A stretch of DNA of 64,000 nucleotides from Corallococcus sp. Z5C101001 (GTDB lineage: Bacteria > Myxococcota > Myxococcia > Myxococcales > Myxococcaceae): contig NZ_VKLU01000005.1 of NCBI RefSeq assembly GCF_007352635.1, positions 443,940 to 507,939 of the forward strand, written 5' to 3'. Positions 58,854 through 64,000 of this stretch are shown here, piece by piece (position 1 is the first letter of the stretch; each line of letters begins with the position of its first letter). A program made the translations under genes and the position numbers. The notes under the pieces are model-generated. The model had not been told where the DNA came from and did not search any database. It was given only the letters and a program-made list of their open reading frames with translations.

Positions 58854-61682
58854 ATGCGGATCGCTGCCCAGAATGGCGCGCCTCAACTGTTCGCGCGCAC
58901 GCGCGCACGCTCCAAACCGGACGGGAGGCGGGACTTGGCGGAGGTCGCAAGGGGTTTGAAGCTGCAGGTGGAGGCGGACGCCGCGGCCGTCGCGGCCCGG
59001 GCCGCGGAGGAGCTGGTGGAGGCGGGGCTGACGCCCTTCCACGAGCGGCTCCTCGCCGAGGAGCTGCTGGCGCGCAGCGGGGACACGCAGCAGCGGCTGG
59101 CCAACGCGCTCGCCGAAGCGAAGGTGGACCTGAACCCCCACCAGGTCGAAGCGGCGATGTTCGCGCTGGACGCCCTGTCGCGCGGCGGCTGCATGCTGGC
59201 GGACGAGGTGGGCCTGGGGAAGACCATCGAGGCGGGCCTCGTCGTGGCCCAGCTGATGGCGGAGGGCAAGAACCGCATCCTCATCCTGGCGCCGGCGGTG
59301 CTGCGCGCGCAGTGGAACGCGGAGCTGCGCGAGAAGTTCGACCTGGACAGCGTCCTCGTCGACGGCCGCGACGTGAAGCGCCACAACAACTGCTTCGATC
59401 AGCCCTTCCCCGTCATCTGCTCGCACCCGTTCGCGGCGAACCGCTCCGCGCTCGTGGCGGAGATCCCGTGGGACCTCATCATCATCGACGAGGCGCACCG
59501 CCTCCGGAACGCGCACCGGCCCAACAACAAGACGGGGCAGGCGCTGCGCGCGTCGCTCGCGGGCCGGCCCAAGCTGCTGCTCACCGCCACCCCGCTCCAG
59601 AACGACCTGATGGAGCTGTTCGGCCTGATGTCGCTGCTGGACGAACAGATCCTGGGCCCCGAGCACGCCTTCCGCAGCCGCTACCGCGCCGACGAGGGCG
59701 GCGGCATGACGGAGGCCGCCGCCTGCGAGCTCAAGGAGCGGCTGGCGCCCGTGGTGCAGCGCACGCTGCGCCGCCAGGTGCGCGAGTACGTCCGCTACAC
59801 CAACCGGCGCAGCATCGTGGAGGACTTCCACCCGTCCCCCGAGGAGCACGACCTCTACGAGAAGGTCAGTGAGTACCTCCAGCGCTCGGAGGCCGCGGCC
59901 ATCGAGCCCGGCAAGAAGACGCTGCTGACGCTGTGCTACCGCAAGCTCCTGGCCTCCTCGACGTTCGCCATCGCGCCCACCCTGCGCCGGCTGTCGGAGA
60001 ACCTGCAGAAGCGCCTGGAGGCCGCGCGGCTGGGACAGCAGGCCCTGGCGCTCTTCGAGCCCGAGGAAGCCAAGCAGTACCAGGAGGAAGGCGAGGAGTG
60101 GTCCGACGACCCCGCCAAGGCCCCCCAGGTGCGCTCGCTGGAGCAGGAGGTCTGGGAGCTGCGGCAGTACGCGGACCTCGCGGACTCCATCCGCATCAAC
60201 GCCAAGGGCGAGGCGCTCAAGCGCGCCCTGGACCGCACCTTCGCGGTGATGCGCACGCACTCCTGGCCGGAGAAGGCGCTCATCTTCACGGAGTCCAAGC
60301 GCACGCAGCAGTACCTCTTCAACCTGCTGTCGGAGCACGGCTACCGGGGGAAGATCTCGCTGCTCTCCGGGGACGCCGGCGGCACGCCCGAGGAGCGCCG
60401 GGCGCTGGTGGAGGAGTTCCGCCACCGCTCGCAGATCCTCATCTGCACGGAGGCGGGCGCCGAAGGGCTCAACCTCCAGTTCTGCAACCTGGTCGTGAAC
60501 TACGACCTGCCGTGGAACCCGCAGCGCGTGGAGCAGCGCATCGGCCGCTGCCACCGCTACGGGCAGCAGCGCGACGTGCTGGTGGTGAACTTCCTCAACC
60601 GGCAGAACGCGGCGGACGCGCGCCTGTTCGAGCTGCTGGAGAAGAAGCTCAACCTGTTCGACGGCGTCTTCGGCGCGTCGGATGAGATCCTGGGCGTGCT
60701 GGAGAGCGGCGTCGACTTCGAGCGGCGCGTGCTGGACATCTACCAGTCCTGCCGCAACCCGGCCGACATCAACGTCGCCTTCGACAAGCTGCGCGAGGAG
60801 CTGGAGGGCAGCATCAGCCAGCGCATGACGGCGATGCGCTCGGTGGTGCTGGAGCGCTTCGACGGCGACGTGCGCCGACGCCTGCGCGTCGCGGGAGACC
60901 AGGCCAAGGAGGTCGTCGCGAAGCGCCAGCAGGAGGCGAAGGCGCTCACCGGCTCCGTGCTGGGCAGCCGCACCTCCGGCCGGCTCCAGGTGGCCAAGGC
61001 CGCCTACGCGGTGCGCGACCGCACCCAGGACGCCGTCAGCTACCTTCAGCTGGACGCGGCCGGCCTGCCCTCGCGGCTGGCCCGGCTCGCGGGCAGCGAG
61101 GGCTGGTGGTTCGTCTACAAGTTCGAGACGACGGGCCTCAAGCCCGAGGAGAAGCTGGTCCATCTGGTGCTGGTGAAGGACCGCGACGGCGGCTTCCGCG
61201 CCCTGCCGCTGACGGACGGGGTCCACTTCACCAAGCTCGACGCGAAGGAAGAGAAGCGCCGCCAGCCCGCGCCGGTGTCCGTGCAGCTCATGCAAGAGCA
61301 GTCGCTGATGACCGCCAAGGATGAGCTGATCCGCGCCGCGGAGCGCCGCAACGCGCTGGAGCTGGACAAGGCCAAGGAGCGCGCGGACCGCTACGTCGAG
61401 GACTGCCTGATGGAGTCGCGCGAGGTGGTGGAGTCCGCCCGGCAGGCGTGGTTCGACGCGCGCAAGGACGTGCTCGGCGTGGAGGACACCGCGGAGCGCG
61501 CCAAGGCCCGGGCGCACTCGGACCGGCAGGAGCGCGACTACCGCCGCAAGCTGGCGTCGCTGCGCAACGAAGAGGAGAAGCGCTACGCGGCCAAGGACCG
61601 GCAGCTCGCGGAGCTGGCCCAGAAGGGGCGCGTGACGGAGAAGCGCACCCTCATCGCCTCCGCGTACTTCTGGCTGTCCTGA
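58854..61682 (+). CDS. SNF2-family (RapA/HepA-like) DEAD/H helicase
   Basis: SNF2_N motifs LADEVGLGKTIEAG (I), DEAHRLRN (II), LLLTATPLQN (III). Helicase-C QRIGRCHRYGQ. Start at ATG 58854 with GGAGG 14 nt upstream. Confidence 0.85.
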   Translation: MRIAAQNGAPQLFARTRARSKPDGRRDLAEVARGLKLQVEADAAAVAARAAEELVEAGLTPFHERLLAEELLARSGDTQQRLANALAEAKVDLNPHQVEAAMFALDALSRGGCMLADEVGLGKTIEAGLVVAQLMAEGKNRILILAPAVLRAQWNAELREKFDLDSVLVDGRDVKRHNNCFDQPFPVICSHPFAANRSALVAEIPWDLIIIDEAHRLRNAHRPNNKTGQALRASLAGRPKLLLTATPLQNDLMELFGLMSLLDEQILGPEHAFRSRYRADEGGGMTEAAACELKERLAPVVQRTLRRQVREYVRYTNRRSIVEDFHPSPEEHDLYEKVSEYLQRSEAAAIEPGKKTLLTLCYRKLLASSTFAIAPTLRRLSENLQKRLEAARLGQQALALFEPEEAKQYQEEGEEWSDDPAKAPQVRSLEQEVWELRQYADLADSIRINAKGEALKRALDRTFAVMRTHSWPEKALIFTESKRTQQYLFNLLSEHGYRGKISLLSGDAGGTPEERRALVEEFRHRSQILICTEAGAEGLNLQFCNLVVNYDLPWNPQRVEQRIGRCHRYGQQRDVLVVNFLNRQNAADARLFELLEKKLNLFDGVFGASDEILGVLESGVDFERRVLDIYQSCRNPADINVAFDKLREELEGSISQRMTAMRSVVLERFDGDVRRRLRVAGDQAKEVVAKRQQEAKALTGSVLGSRTSGRLQVAKAAYAVRDRTQDAVSYLQLDAAGLPSRLARLAGSEGWWFVYKFETTGLKPEEKLVHLVLVKDRDGGFRALPLTDGVHFTKLDAKEEKRRQPAPVSVQLMQEQSLMTAKDELIRAAERRNALELDKAKERADRYVEDCLMESREVVESARQAWFDARKDVLGVEDTAERAKARAHSDRQERDYRRKLASLRNEEEKRYAAKDRQLAELAQKGRVTEKRTLIASAYFWLS

Positions 61683-61703
61683 GGGCCGCGGCGCCGGGCC
61701 CCT

Positions 61704-62036
61704 TCATCGGGGCTTGAGCCGCACCCACGTCGCGCCCCAGCCGCCGTCCACCTCCGAGGCGGTCTGGAAGCCTTCCACCTCCGGCAACGTGGCCAGCAGC
61801 TTCTGCACGGTGCGCCGGAGCGCGCCCGTGCCCTTGCCGTGGATGACGCGAACGTCGAGCACGCCCTCCTGGCGACAGGCCCAGAGGTACTCGGTGACGA
61901 CGTCCTTCACGTCCTGGGGCTGGAACAGGTGCAGGTCGAGGTTGCCGTCGACCGGAACCTCGATCGCCTCCGACTCATCGGGCGGGGGTTCGTTCCCCTC
62001 CGGAGGCAGGCGTGGGAGCGGTTTTCGCCGGGACAC
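61704..62036 (-). CDS. Smr-domain protein
   Basis: ...LDLHLFQPQDVKDVVTEYLWACRQEGVLDVRVIHGKGTGALR... Smr fold. Start may be the internal GTG at ~61958. Confidence 0.65.
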   Translation of the reverse strand: MSRRKPLPRLPPEGNEPPPDESEAIEVPVDGNLDLHLFQPQDVKDVVTEYLWACRQEGVLDVRVIHGKGTGALRRTVQKLLATLPEVEGFQTASEVDGGWGATWVRLKPR

Positions 62037-62280
62037 CGTAACGAGCCTCCTCCTGGCGCTGCTTCTCTTCCGCCGCCAGGCGCTGCCGCTCTCGCGCGCG
62101 CCGGAACTCTTCCTTCAAGCTGACGATTTCGCCCTTGAGCGAGGTGATGTCCTCCGCCACCGCGCCCCTGTGTTCGGTTCCCACGTCTTCCACGTGCTTG
62201 CCCGCCCGCTTGTCCTCCGCGCCCGCGCCACCGGCGGAGGTCATTTGCATCAGCAGGGCAGCCAGGGTCATCACCTTCAT
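61975..62280 (-). CDS. Small secreted coiled-coil protein (hypothetical)
   Basis: Signal-peptide-like MKVMTLAALLMQMTSAGGAGA then heptad-like SLKGEIVSLKEEFRRARERQRLAAEEKQRQEE. Overlaps the annotated Smr start. Could be spurious. Confidence 0.3.
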   Translation of the reverse strand: MKVMTLAALLMQMTSAGGAGAEDKRAGKHVEDVGTEHRGAVAEDITSLKGEIVSLKEEFRRARERQRLAAEEKQRQEEARYGVPAKTAPTPASGGERTPAR

Positions 62281-62318
62281 GGACTTTCACGTAAGCAAGC
62301 GCCGTGCTCACGCGCAAG

Positions 62319-63377
62319 TCATGTTGCGTGCGCGACAGCCCGCTGGCCGCCCTCCTCCTTGTGTGACACGACGCGTTCCGCGAGGCGGACGGCGGACAGC
62401 GGAGCGCTCCCTTCCGCCTTGTTGTTGATGGTCACGAAGACGGGGCGCTCGCGTCGCACCGCGGCCATGCACACCCGGGCCAGCACGTCCCGGGTGCCAA
62501 CATCTTCGTCCACCAACCGATTGAACGGCGCATAGCGGGCGTAGGCCTCCTCGTAGCCGAGGTTGGGCGGCAGCATCCAGCGCACCACCACGGCGCGGGA
62601 CTCGAAGGCGCGCGTGAGCTTCGCCTGCCGGGCGACCGGCGGCATGTGAGCCCACACCGCGAGCACCGGGCTGACGCCCGTGTCGGCGAGCGCCTGGGCG
62701 AAGGCCTCCGTGAGCAACTCCTCGTTGCGCACCTCCACCGCGTACAGCGGCCCCCGGGGCAGCGCGGAGAAGAACGCGTGCAGCCGCTCCACGAAGCGCC
62801 CGGGGCCGCCCAGCGCCGCCGGGTCCTGCGGCGGGAACTGGAAGACGAGCGGGCCGGCCTTGTCGCCCAGCCCCTCCAGGAACGGCGCCACGACGTGATC
62901 CACCGCGTACGCGGCCTGGAGGAACCGCTCGTTCGCCTGCCCCCGGTGCGCGCCGTAGCGCTCGTGGACGGGGAAGCGCGCCAGCGTGCAGGCCTCGTGC
63001 GCCTTCACGAGGAAGCGGAAACCGTCAGGCACCTGCTGGGCATATTCGGCGAACGTGGCGGCGGGCACCGGCGCGTAGAAGGTCCGGTCGATGCCCACCG
63101 TGCGCAGCACCGGGTGGTGCGCGTAGGCCCCCAGGCCCTCGCGCGCCAGCTGGGTCGTGCTGGCCTCGTGGTCATAGACGAGGCCGTTCCAGCCCGGGAA
63201 GGTCCACGACGACGTGCCCAGGTAGACGCCTCGGGGCAGCTGCTCCCCCAACGCGCGAAGGCTGTCGGACGCGGGGGCCGGCCCTACCGGCTGGGTGCGA
63301 CGCCGGGACGACACCGGGGCTTCTTCCGCCGCGCCAGTGAAGAGGTCGAACTGCGCGGGTCGTCGCGGTGCGCTCAT
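62319..63377 (-). CDS. DUF72 (YecE-like) family protein
   Basis: DUF72 motifs ...YLGTSSWTFPGWNG..., ...RFLVKAHE..., ...PLVFQFPPQ.... Start at MSAPRRPAQFDLF. Confidence 0.75.
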   Translation of the reverse strand: MSAPRRPAQFDLFTGAAEEAPVSSRRRTQPVGPAPASDSLRALGEQLPRGVYLGTSSWTFPGWNGLVYDHEASTTQLAREGLGAYAHHPVLRTVGIDRTFYAPVPAATFAEYAQQVPDGFRFLVKAHEACTLARFPVHERYGAHRGQANERFLQAAYAVDHVVAPFLEGLGDKAGPLVFQFPPQDPAALGGPGRFVERLHAFFSALPRGPLYAVEVRNEELLTEAFAQALADTGVSPVLAVWAHMPPVARQAKLTRAFESRAVVVRWMLPPNLGYEEAYARYAPFNRLVDEDVGTRDVLARVCMAAVRRERPVFVTINNKAEGSAPLSAVRLAERVVSHKEEGGQRAVAHAT

Positions 63378-63655
63378 GCGGTCGGCTCCCTTCCCGAGCC
63401 AGGCTTGCGAGGGTGGCCCCTGGATGTAATCCAGGAGCCCGGGGGATGCAGGAGGTTGCCTGGATTCAGGGCGACGTTCCAGGTTTCTGGCACGCCCTCC
63501 AGGCAGACGGGTGCGCGCGCCGTCGCGGCCGCGGCCCGCGCTGGGATGTTTGTCCAGCTGCAAACCCTGTCACTTCGCGGCAAAATGATGAAGCCACGCA
63601 ATTCATCAATATCCATTAATAGACTGGCCGTGGGCGCAACACGCGGGGGGTCACC

Positions 63656-64000
63656 ATGGATTGGTCATCGACCGCATCGCTGCTGGCGGAACGGGACGTG
63701 CGTCCCATCGTCGTGATGGACCGGAGGGGCCGGATCGAGCTGGCCAATGTCGCGTTCACGTCGCTGCTGCGCCGGCCGCGCGAGGAATTGCTGGGACGAC
63801 GCTGGACGGACGTCTGCACACCGCGGGAGCACGGCCCGGCGGTGGGGCGGGCCCTGCGGGCCATCTTCACCAGCGCCGAGCACCGGCTGGAGACGGAGGT
63901 CCTCACCCGCGAGGGTGAGCGGCTGCCGGTGGAGCTGGACGTCGCCGCCGTGGGGCGCCCGCCCCTGCGCCTGGTGGCCATCGTCACGCGCGCCGGGCCC
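63656..64000 (+). CDS. PAS-domain protein (3' truncated at window edge)
   Basis: ATG 63656. MDWSSTASLLAERDVRPIVVMDRRGRIELANVAFTSLLRRPREELLGRRWTDV... PAS fold. Preceded by an AT-rich putative promoter. Confidence 0.5.
   Translation, partial: MDWSSTASLLAERDVRPIVVMDRRGRIELANVAFTSLLRRPREELLGRRWTDVCTPREHGPAVGRALRAIFTSAEHRLETEVLTREGERLPVELDVAAVGRPPLRLVAIVTRAGP

Noticed and set aside
63478-63500. Possible sigma-54 promoter (TGGCAC...) upstream of the PAS gene
   Set aside because: TGGCAC is present, but the -12 GC element is mis-spaced (AG at the expected position). It does not fit the TGGCAC-N5-TTGC consensus.

Overview
High-GC (~70%) myxobacterial chromosome segment. Gene order and content look Myxococcus xanthus-like (bactofilin bacN-bacO-bacP-padC module, SgmT-like kinase, Wzm/Wzt O-antigen genes). 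About 58 protein genes and one tRNA-Gly(GCC) are supported. Working 5'->3': an ABC-transporter-dependent polysaccharide cluster (HAD-like protein, large GT2 glycosyltransferase, wzt, wzm) ending at tRNA-Gly; housekeeping genes (pgsA, TPR protein, lytic transglycosylase, nadB, rhomboid, LOG, pyrE); the bacNOP-padC scaffold module; an SgmT-like hybrid kinase with a degenerate GGDEF domain; a conserved FHA-xseA-xseB-RR-ispA-dxs-tlyA operon. The FHA gene of that operon is translationally coupled to the most interesting part of the window: a Tad/Flp-like pilus sub-cluster (Flp-type pilin, cpaB, tadB, tadC) with no ATPase, secretin or prepilin peptidase in cis. It is flanked by two large FHA-TM-periplasmic proteins with repeat-rich disordered regions, an ECF sigma/anti-sigma pair, two permease-less Opp/Dpp-type ABC ATPases, and two tandem stand-alone MshEN (GspE-N-like) putative c-di-GMP-binding proteins. 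This resembles the Tad-like 'Kil' contact-dependent predation apparatus of Myxococcus (recalled from the literature, not checked), but the composition here (MshEN + ABC ATPases + FHA ring-like proteins) is unusual. Further on: exbB/exbD, an acyl-CoA dehydrogenase with a HadAB-like hotdog pair, a REC-HD-GYP phosphodiesterase, a HEAT-cyclophilin lipoprotein, a zinc-ribbon membrane protein without a canonical start, a MoxR-DUF58-SNF2 helicase trio, Smr, DUF72 and a partial PAS gene. No CRISPR array, integrase or transposase was seen. Many long ORFs in the six-frame track are antisense artefacts of the GC bias.
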